From Sphagnum compactum (Eukaryota), in the NCBI GenBank assembly GCA_965153455.1, contig OZ234493.1, positions 5,456,001 to 5,520,000 on the forward strand: 64,000 nucleotides of DNA, given 5' to 3'. Position numbers and translations under genes: made by a program. The first letter of the stretch is position 1, and every line of letters begins with the position of its first letter. Under the pieces are notes generated by a model that ran no database searches, had not been told where the DNA came from, and was given only the letters and a program-made list of their open reading frames with translations. This document shows, in pieces, positions 27,151-40,250 of this stretch.

Positions 27151-30100
27151 TCAAGCATGCTCTTGACACCCCCGCCCGGTTGGATTTGTAGACTCCAACA
27201 TATAAAATTTATCTCCCACAAATAAAACAACGTAATTAACCTCGAAAGTAGCCTCTTTCCCCACAAGCTAGGCACAAAGCATCGTGCATGTGCTTAACAA
27301 GTTCAACAAACAAGGGAATGTGTTGAGGGGAATATTTCCTCTGATTGAACATGCAATACATGGTAAACAAGTTTGCTTCACTAAATTTTTTTAAGGCCAA
27401 AATGAAATTGCAAATGAGGTTTGATGGCCTTGTGCAAACTTGAATAGCCCTAACATAATGTCTAAAAGTGGTAAGATGTAAACAAACATATCAATGTTTT
27501 CACATTAAGAATAATTCGAAGTTTTAATAACTAGATTTGTTGTTAATATGCATCCAACAATTGAGATTTAATATTTAAAATATGAATTACAAATTTCTTA
27601 ATGAATTTCTTGTTACCATGTGGCATCCTAAGCTAAATTCAAGAATTTATTGGTCATTTATTTATTGTCACATGCATGGAAACCTATTCCAAGTTTAAAA
27701 AATTATTGACCATTGATAAGCTTCCATGTGTTAGCTTAAAACTAAGAAATGAACATTGTTGGCCTAATCCTGTGATACCATGTGGCAATCAAGGCCTAGG
27801 AACCCTAGCTTAAGAACCTAGCCTAAGAGCCTATCTTAAGCCACTTAGGATAGGAAGTTTAGGCTATGCAACCTAGCATAGGAGCCTAGATTTGGCAATG
27901 ACTAAATTTGTGTTATGTGCCATGCAATACACACCATTGGTGTACAAGACATGTTTATGCATAGGTTGAGTAGTCACATTTGTTTTCGAACATGAAAAAC
28001 CACAACATTGTTTGTTTTGAAATATACTAGCTTATTCTTACAAACTTTAATATTTAGTTAGTGAAACAACAATTGACTTTGTGAAATTATCAATTGTGGC
28101 ATTTTCAACCTTATGCACTTCCATTGGACAATTATGTAGATATGTATAGACATGATCCATAACAAGTTATCAAAGGTTGTCACTTCATCACAACTCATTG
28201 AAACAAATAAAAACTTGTCAACACCTTTGATTGTCTACAAAATGACCCACTACATTGCTTCAACCATTATCCATCTTGTAAAATTAATTAAATGTTTATG
28301 AGAGTAATATTTTACTTTCAAGAACTGAAAAATGCTTTGAAGTTTCTGAAATAATCATTGGGCAACCTTGTTTGAGGAGGTGCCATAGGGCAACAAATTT
28401 TACGTTTTCATTTTTTTACCTTACCACCATTCACTAATTGATCAATAACACTCAAACACCTTGGAGTTGCATTAAATTTTTTTTTTTTACATGAGCATTA
28501 GAAGGATTAACAATGTAGTCACCCACTACAACTCCTAGCCTACTGAGAACACAATTTTTGAGGCCAAAATGTTTGAGTAAAGAATCAAGCTTCAAAATGA
28601 AAAACGTATTTCTCCCTTCAACTTGAGAACAAATCCTACATTTAACCAGCTTTAGTTTGCCATCAAAATAGGTTCAAATCAATTAAACCTAGCAACCTAC
28701 CAATCTTGGTAGATTTTGTTGATCTCCCATTTGGGTTTTCTTGGCTTTTTTTTCTTCTTTCAATGGGTGTTGTAGGATGTACAATAGAATCAACTATAGG
28801 AAGGGTGTTATGCATTAACATAAAAAAGTCGGGGTTGGTAAAGGTACTAGGCATGTTAGATGGAGTTGGCAATGATAATGCAATTTTTGCAAATGTAACG
28901 TTAATATCGATAAGTGTTGAACCCTTGCTATTGGCTTCTACAAAGTTGTGAGAATAAAACCAATCAAAACTAAAATTTTTGTGATGGTTAAAGGGGGGTT
29001 GCCACTGCCACTAACAACAAATGCTCAAAAACTATTACAAACCAAACAAATTTTTTTATAGCAAATGGGAAAAGAAAGAAAAAAAACCTGAAAATATGCA
29101 AATAGATAAAGATAATGTGATCTAGTGCAATTGACAAGAAGCTAGAACCTATGCTTGAAGACAACTTCTCCTTCAACATTGTGAAACCTAGATCCCCCTT
29201 TTGATTATAAAATGTTTGGTTCAAAAGGGTACAAGTTGCAATGGATCTTTCAAATGTAATCAAGCTTCCTAAAAACAAAATAAAAAATGCATAAGAACTA
29301 GGAAAGGACTGTACCTCATTAGATGCATTATTCAACGTTGATCAAATCACCTTTGTAGTTGAACTGCATCTAGATTTTGCATTCAACAACAAATAATTTA
29401 AAAACAACATCAAATAGTTGCAAGTTCCAACTAATGCATAAGATTGAAATCAAATGAGAAAATATTTCCTTTTACCTATTATTGTGATACTTAATCCTTC
29501 TATTTGTCCTATACAATCTTGTTGCATTAATTTGTAAAACTCATCCTACCAAAACATTGTACAAGCTTCCTCTTAGTTTGTTATTACAAATTACTACATT
29601 TTTGTGATGGAAGGCAATGGAGCTCATGAAGAGTGCCATAACAAGTAGCAATGGTGCCTTGGGGAGAACCCACCCAAGTTGCGTTAAGAACCATGTTGTG
29701 GGCCCAAGCTCCCTAGGGAACACATTGTTCTTACATATTTGTGAGCTCATAATTTTCTTATATGAATTTCAATTTAGGAGCTTTCAAGTACAAAGTTGTA
29801 CCCTTCAATAAGATCTTTTCAATGTCATGTTTGACATGCCAATTTTGATTTTTGACCTTTTTGTTGGCCATAACTTTTAGCTAATATCTTCAAATGGATA
29901 ATACAAGTTCACATTTGATATCTATGCTTTGAGAGCTTTCCAATAATATAAATAAATTTTGATTTGAAAAAGGTTTACCACTTGCATTTATGGCCTAAAC
30001 TTTTTGAATATTCCAAGTTTTTTTTTCCCTTAATCAATTTAGTCCTTTTCTTCTCAAGGAAATCACTCTTGAAAGAAAGTCCGTTTTCCCTATGGAACTT

Positions 30101-32509
30101 CAATGGGGCTACCACTTTGTCCCCTTTAAAAATAAAAAAAAAGTCCTAAATTTTTTTCATGGAAGTTGTTCATTGGGACAACCTAGTTGAGATTTCCAAG
30201 CCCTTTTTTTTCCTTAAGCAACTTGATAGAATATTCTAAATCTCTTAAGTTTTCTCTTTTGGGCAAATTGGTTAGGGTTGCCATTTCATCTTTTTCTCCC
30301 CAAGGAAGTTGGTCCTTAAGGATAACTAGATCAAAAAGTTATCCAATGGTTTTTTTTTTTTCATCCATTTTGTTTATGGAAGAGAAGGAAAATTTATGAA
30401 AAACATTGAATTTTGGACCTTTGGGTTGGAAGGGGGGATTCTAATATCACACTTATTTCTTTGAAAATATTTTTATTGTTGGGTAATGTCTTGCAATTGT
30501 GTTGAGCTAGTGCTACATTTAATTTGTTGCACCTATTTGATGTTACATAAATTGCTTAAAATCATGACACAATAAATAAAAGATTGATGCAAGATGTGGT
30601 TTGAATTTAAAGGCGAGAAGGCTAGTGGGTTAGCATAAGTGTTTTTTTAAAGAATTTCAGAATATTGCTAAGGTGACAACAATCCCTATAAAAATTGGCC
30701 AAATTTAATTACAATTGAATTATGACCTTTTTCTGATTTTTTTTAAAAACCTTTATATAATAAGGGTAACCTATTGCAAATTAACATAAATGTCTTGCAA
30801 TGAAGAATTTGGGGGAAAGTCTTGAGTTGAAAATCCAACAACAAGCTAGATTTTCAAAGATTTTTTGTGAAAATTTCAAAAAACTATCAAATAAAACCAT
30901 GGTTGACACCTTTAGGTATATTCATATGTAAAATACAACACAAAGGCATATAACTCACTAATATATATTGCGTGAGGGTAAGAAGACAAAAGATGCTTCT
31001 TGCCTTCCGCAATTTACACATGCAAGCAAACATGTAGTAAGGGTATCCATAGACCATTTTCACAACCAAAAACATAGAAACCTATGCTAATGTGATTAGT
31101 ATGTGACTATATCATCACATGATTATGGCCATTGCTTGCATTGAAAATATTAAGATTGATGTAGGATACAATTTTGTAACCATCATGAAACACACATTAG
31201 CATTAATGTTTTATTTTTGGTGAAATTTTGCAAATTTCATCTTGAAAAAAATGATTTTGACGTATGCAAAGGGATTTTCACGGGAAAAATGGCCCAAATA
31301 TGCCAAATTTTGAAGGAAAAAAATTCAAATTGATAGATTTTAATGATAAGTTCTAGTCGGTAGCCAAAAATATAGAAGGATTCTGATTTTTTAAAACTTT
31401 CATATCTATTAATGTAGCCAAGTTTGGCTAGATCTTATGGATGATTGCCACTTCAAGTACATAACAAAATTGAAAAAAAAAACCTGATTAGCATGGGTGA
31501 GCCATGGAGAAGAGTTTAATTCCTAAAAACTCTAGTGAAACACCAATTCCAACATACCCAAAAAAAAAAAAAAACAAAAAAACAAAAGGTTTTCAAAACA
31601 AAGTTATTGAGAACAAGGCCTTTCAAACTCAAACCTCCATGTTGACTTAGAAGAAACATTGAAGAACAAAAATGGCTGAAAAAGTTTCAGTTTCATAACT
31701 TGGATTCTGGTGATTGGGTTTAGGTTGTGGAGTTTGCTCTTGGGTGGTGGAGAATCCTCTCCCAATTAGCAAAAGCTGGGGTTTTTCCTTTTCTTTATTC
31801 TTTTCCAATTTTTTAATCTAAGAAATTTGTCAAATTTTCCCAAAAATTAGAAAATTTCATCAAGTCAACACTTAAAAAAAACTCCATGTTCTCTTTCATT
31901 TATCATTTCTGTCTGAAAAAACCATTAGACACAAGTCATGTCACATGGCTTCTGTAAATTGTCTTTTATATATATACATTACATGTTTGGGATCCATGTT
32001 ACTACGCCACAACAAGTGACAATCAATTTAAAATAAAATAATTATTTATGCCGATGTCAAGTTTAATTTACAATTATGTATGATGTTAGTGAGTAGGGAA
32101 AAGGAGTGAGATAAATTATTAGGAAAGAAATGAAGTAATTGGGCTTGAAAATTAGATAAATATTTTTGAAATTTTGTAAGGAGGACCACACAATAAAATA
32201 GATTCCCAAAAAATCACCCATATACATACATACCAGTTCCTCAAAATTTCTCATCACTGAAATTAAAATAAAGAGTATCAATACTTATTACTCAATATAA
32301 ATGATTGATTAATTATGCCGATTTGGTTCCCTTTTGCCTATTGTTCAACTGATGGATTTTGCCACCTTCTGGCCATAGCTCGTCTTATTCAACTTTTTCT
32401 TTCATAAAATTTATTTATTTATTTAAATATGAAGAATTTTTTTTCGCATTTTCTAACTTTTAGGACAATTTTCAGAGGTCAAATCCAATGTTAGAATGCA
32501 AGAATTATA

Positions 32510-32660
32510 GGGTTTAATTCAGTCTTGATTATGATAAACATGCCTATGAATGAACACAATGTGTATCAAAAGATAATAATGTTGTGGTGAAGGTGAAGTC
32601 TAAATATAATTTGTAACTCATCTTTGGGTGCTTCAATAGGCTTTTGAATCATGGAATTCC
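32510..32660. repeat. Dispersed ~150-bp direct repeat; second copy at ~52029-52190
   Basis: GGTTTAATTCAG.CTTGATTATGATAAACATGC.TATGAATGAACA.AATGTGT...AATTTGTAACTCATCTTTGGGTGCTTCA is present at both sites. Confidence 0.8.
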
Positions 32661-33304
32661 ATTAAGTGATGTGAAAATTATGACCCCTCAAAATAATAAG
32701 GGTCTTCTACACCTCTCCCTCCTAATATGTACTCTTTGACTATATGTTAGAATTCCTTAATTTTAACCTTTGCCCAAAGTTCTCCCCTTCTCACCTCTTT
32801 AGTTGGGCCAAAAGGAAGGAGCTACATGTTCACATAAAAACTTTTTATTTTGGGGGAACTTCTAAAGTTTTGGTTGTTTTTCTCTTCGTTTCTTTTGAGT
32901 GATGTGCCAATTAAATTGGTTCATTGCACTAACAATAATAAAAAAGGAGCTTGGGAGGTGCCAAACCTGCTATCTATGCAGTGGTTTTTTTGGGCACTTT
33001 GGTGTTAAAGCAAAAGTGGCGATGACCCACATGAAATTTAGCTAAATTTTGGCTACAAGCTAATTTACATGAAAGTAAAATTAAAAAAATCCTTCTATAT
33101 TTTTGGCTACCCTATTTGAACCATGTGTAGAAATCTGGTGGTTTAACTTAAATTTTGGTCGAATTATGGCTATTGAAATTTTTTAAAGGCCCATGATTTT
33201 AGAACTTTTTATTTCTCAATGTCTAGAGCATTTTGGCTATATATACCTAGCTAGGGGTGTAATATAGCAGCGACCGCAGGACGCCAGAGCCGAACGCAAT
33301 TAGT

Positions 33305-34959
33305 ATGGGGAACGGTGAGATCTCCAAGCTTGTGGTGATCATCAGCGTTGTCTTATTCATAAGCGCATTTGGGTTGGCCCTCGGCTCGGAAGCTAAGCGA
33401 AGCAAGGTTTGCTAATCTTCGTCATGTACTGATCTCTCGCACAATCTTATATAGCAGAACGTCCGTTCATTCTGTTTTTTGTGAAGATTTAGATAAGCCT
33501 GTTTCAAGCAGCACTGTGAAGGACGTTTAATTTTGAATAGGAACTGATCGGCCTGAATATGGCTATTGCGATGTTTTGGTTCATATTGAAAATTTGCAAA
33601 TGCAAGATCTTATAGTAATGTCCGGAGTACTCATTCAATCAGGGCTCCCCGATAGACAATATAACCAGCTCGAGTGGTTACAGGACACGAGGCATATATA
33701 TACCTACTAGTGCAAATGGGTGTATACCGTGTGATTGATTGAGCAGCAGAAATCCAGCTTGCTACATCACGTAGTTCATAGTTCATACGGTCCACATGAC
33801 TTGACAGCTTACAGCTTCCTGATAAAGAAGATGAGCTTAAATAAGAGAGAATATTTTTCCAATATCTAGCTATGAACTTCACTCTGATCAAAGGAATACA
33901 AAAAATCATCTGCTGAGTTCTAGATCTCCTGAATGATATGGGTTTTGGTCTGACGGTTTTCTTCCTGGCTGCAGGTAATTACGATCTTGAGCTATACTGA
34001 TGGTACATATGGATGCATTTACCGTGGAAATTTATCAATCGCATTCGCTGCAGTGGCACTCCTCCTTTTGCTGGTTGCCCAGCTGATCGTTACCATTACT
34101 ACACGCTGTCTGTTCTTTGCAAGGACTGCTTACAAACATGGTGCTGCTCGCACATATGCTATAGTCGCATTCATAATCTCATGGTACTAAAACTCTCAAT
34201 CTCTCTGTGCATTATCTATATGGAATTAAAAACGCTTCAATGTGATCAAGCTGAAGTATTTTAATCTAGATTACTGTTTTCAATGAATTCAGGAAGACTC
34301 TTATTAGAGCATTTTCAGCGATGCTCTGTATGTGACCTTGCTTGCAAAAATATTTTTCACATCCAAGTTTAGTCATTTACTTTTCTCCAACCGCACCCAT
34401 ATAATTAAAATTGCCACTGCAAATAAGTGGGCGACTACTAATCAGAAATAGAGAGCACCAGCAAGTAGGCAGATCATATTTATTACAATCTTCTCTGGCC
34501 GGTGTTAGGCTTTGCTGTGCCATTTACCAGCCTCAGCAAACTGTGCAAAAATTCTGGGCCCTGAGCCAAACCAGAATATGTATTAGACTTTCGGCTTTCT
34601 TGCAGGTTCACATAATAAGCACCTGTGGAGTTGCTCTTAGATCATCTTCTAATCATGCATCTCATCATTGGTGCTAGTGCAGTGCATGTACTGAAATGGT
34701 GGTCTTGAGCTTCTGGTTCTGTTGCAGGGTGTTTTTGGCTGCCGCGTTCTTTTTTCTTATTGTAGGAGCAATCGCGAATCATGAACATCTTACAAGACAG
34801 AATAATATCTGTGCGATGGAATTGAAATCAACCGTGTTTGCCCTCGGAGCCGCCTTTACTTTCCTCACCATGCTGATGAGTGAGCTTTACTATATACTCA
34901 TATGTAAGGCTTCAATTTCTGCTGTGCCTCCATCGGTAGGATTGGTTGGTTATGTTTAA
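33305..34959 (+). CDS. DUF1218-family (VCC/MWL/DEAL-like) four-helix membrane protein, copy 1. Exons 33305-33406, 33975-34183, 34728-34959; 180 aa
   Basis: Spliced protein MGNGEISKLVVIISVVLFISAFGLALGSEAKRSK|VITILSYTDGTYGCIYRG...VAQLIVTITTRCLFF...AFIISW|VFLAAAFFFLIVGAIANHEH...CAMELKSTVFALGAAFTFLTMLMSELYYIL...GYV*. Introns are GT-AG in phases 0 and 2. Family motifs AFGLA..E.KRS, C.Y, AQ...TRC, VFA.GAAF..LT...SELYY are present. Confidence 0.88.
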
Positions 34960-37900
34960 ACCACAGATTGATCATCATGACTTCCCCAATTATAGCTTCC
35001 CCTCCGTTGAAGCTCAACAATATTTTTTGTCTGGAGGATCAACTCTTTCCGATCTCTTCTCCAACTGACTTCATTCCCAGATTTACTGAGACTTGATCAT
35101 AATGCAGATCCAGCTAATTTCTTTGTATATAAGTTCAAGTCCAAACTGTCTCTACTTGAGAGAATTCTCCCTCATTTGCTATTATACATGTTGCAACCTT
35201 TTTCTAACGCCTCCCAACTTTCAGCTCACCTCTGTAAGTCTCTAAAGTCAGTTATGTACACTGGGATGTGTGAGGAATATAAACACATTTTGTGCACGTT
35301 TTGTGACTGACAGAAACCAAAATCTGTTCCAAAATTGCATTCAGGACTATGCACTAGCAATCCATTAATTTATGAAAAAATGAATTGATTTTGTGAAAAT
35401 TAAATTTCATTTGAATGAAAATATTGAATGACATTGCATGCAACTGGAATTGAATTGAATTTCAATTTTGGATTCTTGGATTTAATAGAATTGAATGGAA
35501 TTTGAGTTGAGTTGAATTGAAGTTGAGCTTTGTATCCTGTACTGATTTTGTAATTTCTAAAATCTATGGCTATTTGCCCGGAGCTTCTGATTTATTGGGA
35601 GTTTCTGATGGAATCAACAAAGCTTCATTTGACAGTTTTGTAACTTTTTGTATTTCATTTCTTAGATTAGTGGAAAAATGGGTTGTGAAAGTTGAAATTT
35701 TATTTGTAAGCTTGTTATAATGCATGGATTATACACACCTAATTATTACCTTGAATGGGGTAGCAAAACCAATATAACTAGCAGATTTTGTGGTGGATAA
35801 AGATAGCCAAATGCTATGATAAAAACATGGATGCCAAAAGTATTACTTGGAAAAAATATTGTCAAGATTTGTTAGATATTTTTCATGCTATGGTAACCAT
35901 TGCATGATAATAATGATAATTTAGATCACCACACATATATTAAATTCATCCATATGAATTCGTCATTTTATTCATTTTTCATAGGAGGGTTGAAGGTTTC
36001 ATCACCACTACATGAATAAAATATATATCTAGCGGGTGTAAGCACACTACACAATCTCTTTTTGGGCATCACACATGTTTTTCTTACATTTTTTATACAT
36101 AGATATAAAACATTAATAGTTTTTTTGAAATGCCAAAAAAGGGATTCACATTTGTAATGCTAATAGAATTAATGTTTCAACAATTTAAAAAATACATCAG
36201 TATCTTAAATATTCAATGAGAAATGGAGTTTTGAATTTTGATGACAATTTTATAAACACCATATAGAACTTATGAATATGAATATTTATTTTGTTGTGTA
36301 TTTAATTTAGTTCTATGTATTTAAAACTTCAAAACATTGTATGAAACCGGAGAGGACACTAAGGAAAAACATAAAAAATATGAGTAAAAATATAAGGTGC
36401 AATATATTGGTTGTTGGGTAAAATTATAAGTTAATTAGTTTTAAAAATGGTACATTTTATTCAAATAATCAATTTAATTATAATATAAAGTATATAATAA
36501 TCTGAAATAATGGATTATAATTAATATAGGGTGGCTTTAATATGTCTATATTAAAAAATAAAATAATAATAAAATAATAAAAAATAGGTTGAACAATTAT
36601 CTAATACCCCCTAAAATTGATTGTTTGACACACATAGATCCCAAACTTTACACTAAGTGTCCCCTTGGGTGTATGATTGATGTATAAAAAACTAAAGATG
36701 AATTGGATGGGTGGAATATGAGTTTAATTTATTATATTATGAGTTTTTCAAAAAAAATTATTATTAAAAAATTTCTCTTAAAAATAAAAATGATTATTTT
36801 CTTGAACTATATTTTAAGAACTTTTCTAAATGTTTATAACATCAGGACTTGAAATTGAAAATAAAAAAAGATGTTAATTTTCAATTATATCTTAATATTC
36901 ATATTTTAATCCAATTTTCTAATACATTGGAAACAAACTTTCAAAAGAGGCTTTCAACTATTGTAAAATAGACACTTTAATGTGCTTTCATTATTGTTTG
37001 GATGAACTTGGATTATCTAGTCTTATTGGGTATGTGATTCAAAAAGAATTTACTTTCACAAAAGTGATGGGCCAAGGTGAATTGACACTTATAACACTAG
37101 TACCATCAAATTATAATGAGTTTTCTTGCTGTGCATATTAAGCTTGAAACAAGTTTGGACTTGGAGACCCTAATTTAATTTAAGCATGTATGGGATGTTT
37201 TTAATTAATACTTAAAGACGATTTAAACAAAATTTGGACTTTTTTTATCACGGTACTAGTGGGGCTACTAGTTCACCCAAGGCCTAGGGGATGTCCTTAG
37301 GAAGTGGATTGTAGCTATACTTTCTAACCCGTAGTTCATGTTCATGCCTTTAGCCTAGGCCAAAAATGACAAAAAGCTTAAGTAGGCAAAAAAATTCTTG
37401 TAACCAATGAAGTGAGGTAGCATGCACCCAAGGGGTCAATTTTTTCTTCTTTTGGGGGGAGGGTGGAGGCGTTTGATTTCTTTTATTCTCAAAGTGTTCC
37501 CATGAAGTTTTCATTGTGTTCCCATCAAATTCCCAATGAATTTTCAACATGTTCCCCAAGTTCCCAGTAGATTTTAACTTTATCCGATATCCTTTGCCCC
37601 AAATTTTACTCTTGTAACTTATACGAATAGCCCAAAGGAAGAGATTACATCATAACATCTATTTTGGGATTGTGGACAAAGTTTTAGTTTTTTTGCTATT
37701 GATGGGCCAATCAAAGATGTGAATCAAAAAATTAAAGACATAGAACTTTAGGGGCCACCCTAACTAATTTAAATGAATCACAAATATTCTACCATAAAAA
37801 TATGTGTTACTTGTGATTATCATTGAAAAATATCTTGCATTAGCTATAGTTTAGATTTTGGTCCACATATTTTAAAAATGCAACAATTTGAAACAAAGTT

Positions 37901-39429
37901 TTGATGTGTAAGATAATTTTTCTTTTGAGATTCATTTCAAGTTTTAGACTGCATCTAATTATTGTCAAGCTTGAAACTTGTGAAAAATAACATTTTTGCG
38001 ATGAACTTTCAATAAATTGATATTTCATTTGTCTTTTCATAATTATTATCTTTTATTTTTGATGCACCAACCATGACCACATGTGTCCAAAAATGAAGAA
38101 ATTAGTTTAGCCAAAAAGATAGAAACAATTCATTATTTTTACCATTCATGTGTGAGAAAAAAAATTCAAATTGTCAAAAATATTCTTATTTTCTTGGACA
38201 AAGAGCAACCCATAAAATTTCAAAAAGTTCCAAAAAAAACATTAATTGTAATAAAACTAGTTATATGATAATTGGTTTGATTTTAAGATTCCATCTCGAA
38301 ATGTCTACACCATGATACTTTTTCTAGCATGCTCTTCAATGAAATATTTGAAACCCATTGTGCCCGAATTCTATTATGTTCTATCCCAGGGGTGGGTGCT
38401 TGACTTACAGGTCGACCAATATTTCTAAGCTTTCGACTAATTTCTCCAATCTTTTCCACAACGTTTTGAATATGATTTGGATTACCCCCATCCTTCAATT
38501 GCAAATATCCTTTGATGCGTGTGCACACATAGTAAAAATAAATATGTTAAGCTGTTACATAGTGGAGGCTTAATTTAGTTAGTTTCATGATTACTAAAGA
38601 ATATTTGAAAACTTATGTGGGTATTTGTTTCATTAAGTTATGTGATGTTTCACCTGTGTGCTCAATCAATGTGTAAGACAAAATTTAACATGGTATTAAA
38701 GTTTCAAGGCTTAGCTAGAGAACAAAAAAAGGACTATCATAGTAGTGAACATTGTTTTTGTTGCATTCACTTGATATGTTGGGATTAGGTTGTGAGAAAA
38801 AAAATTATTCAGTATATTTTTGTCTTTTCAACTTTTAATATAACTAGATGTGAACTAAAAACATAGAAAAGGCAAATTCTATTTGGAATGAACCAATCAA
38901 AAAAATTAAATTCCAAAGATTGAACTTTCTTCTTAAAAACTCTTATTTACTTAAGCCTACCTACTTACCTATGTGTGGCACATGACACAAAGCTATTTGT
39001 CCATGTGCATGGATCAAAAATCATAATACATGGACAGTCAAAATTAAACCTTTAAAAATAGATTTGATTTATTTAATAATCATCAAATCTGCCACATGTT
39101 GTCATGGCATTGGTCACTAGTTAAATGGGGTATACCATCATAGTTGACCATATGCTTCATTCACCATTTGACCATGATATCAAGTGATATCATCATTCTC
39201 AATAGATTTATTTGATGTAGCCCTTAGCTCTCTAAGGAATTTAAATATGGTGGTTCTCAGTCAAATGCACCTTACTAGAATTCTTGATTAACTTTTGTAA
39301 TTTGTTTGAAATATTAGAATCCACCAAAGATACTCAAATAATTGTTGTAGATGATTTTGTATAACCATTTGCTTGGGCTGTTATGATACATTAGGAATAG
39401 GATCCTTTTGAAAACAAAATATGTTATTG

Positions 39430-40250
39430 AAAGAATGGAAGGTTCATCGACTCCAGGTGCTTTGCTCATTGCTCATGTCACAAGCAATCCCAATCCCATA
39501 AAAAATTTAAAGTAAAATCACAATCACGGCACATATGGTACTATAAGGGAGATGAGTTATAAACAAGTAGGACTTCAGACAAATAAAATTTAAAAATGAG
39601 CTTAATATGTGTTTAACATTACCTGGAAATTGGAACTTGATGTCACTCAATGCAATAATAGACAATGGCTTTGTCTTGATATTCAATAATGATTAGTGTT
39701 TTATTTTTAATGGGCTCGATATGGTTGTAGGTTAAGGTGTATTTGTGAGGCTAGTTCTAGTAGACTTGTACTAGTACATTATGAATGAACCCAAATTTCA
39801 AATAGGAGTTATTTAGTCTTCAAAGATTCTTGATCTTTGGCATCATCATTTAGGTCGCTTAGACCCCCATAGTGTTCGCCAACATGGTAGAAACAATCTT
39901 TCACAAGGAATTTCTTCAAGGTTCTTGAGGTTACAAAACTTTGTTAGAGTTCTTGAAGGCAAACAATTTTATGAGTGCAAGGTCAAAATTGCAGAATGTA
40001 GCTAGCTGAACGTACACTATAGCTTATCCATATTGATTTTTGTAGCATGATTTGTCTTGCTTCAATTGTAGTTAGCCTCTATTTCATCTCATTCACATAT
40101 GACTTTAGCCATTATAAAAGTGGTTATCTTTCTTGTCCAAGAAATCCAACAACTTTAGGTGTTGAAAGAATTGCATGCAGTTGTGGAATGCTAGTTTCAA
40201 TGCAATGATATTAACCCTGTGCAATGATCCTGGTGGGGAATATTTGTTTG
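39430..40250 (+). mobile_element. Decayed Ty1/copia pol remnant (protease, GAG-pre-integrase, integrase core)
   Basis: Fragments occur in copia order: FIDSRCFAH-like (protease DSGA..H, ~39440), LPGNWNLMSL, DLWHHHLGRL (~39833), EGKQ, LIHIDFCS, YFISFTYDFSHY, DPGGEY (~40226). Many stops and frameshifts. Confidence 0.65.

Noticed and set aside
38283-39385. Minus-strand exon-like stretches with TGA stops (possible CGA>TGA pseudogene)
   Set aside because: No recognisable protein family, and the implied introns and phases are inconsistent.
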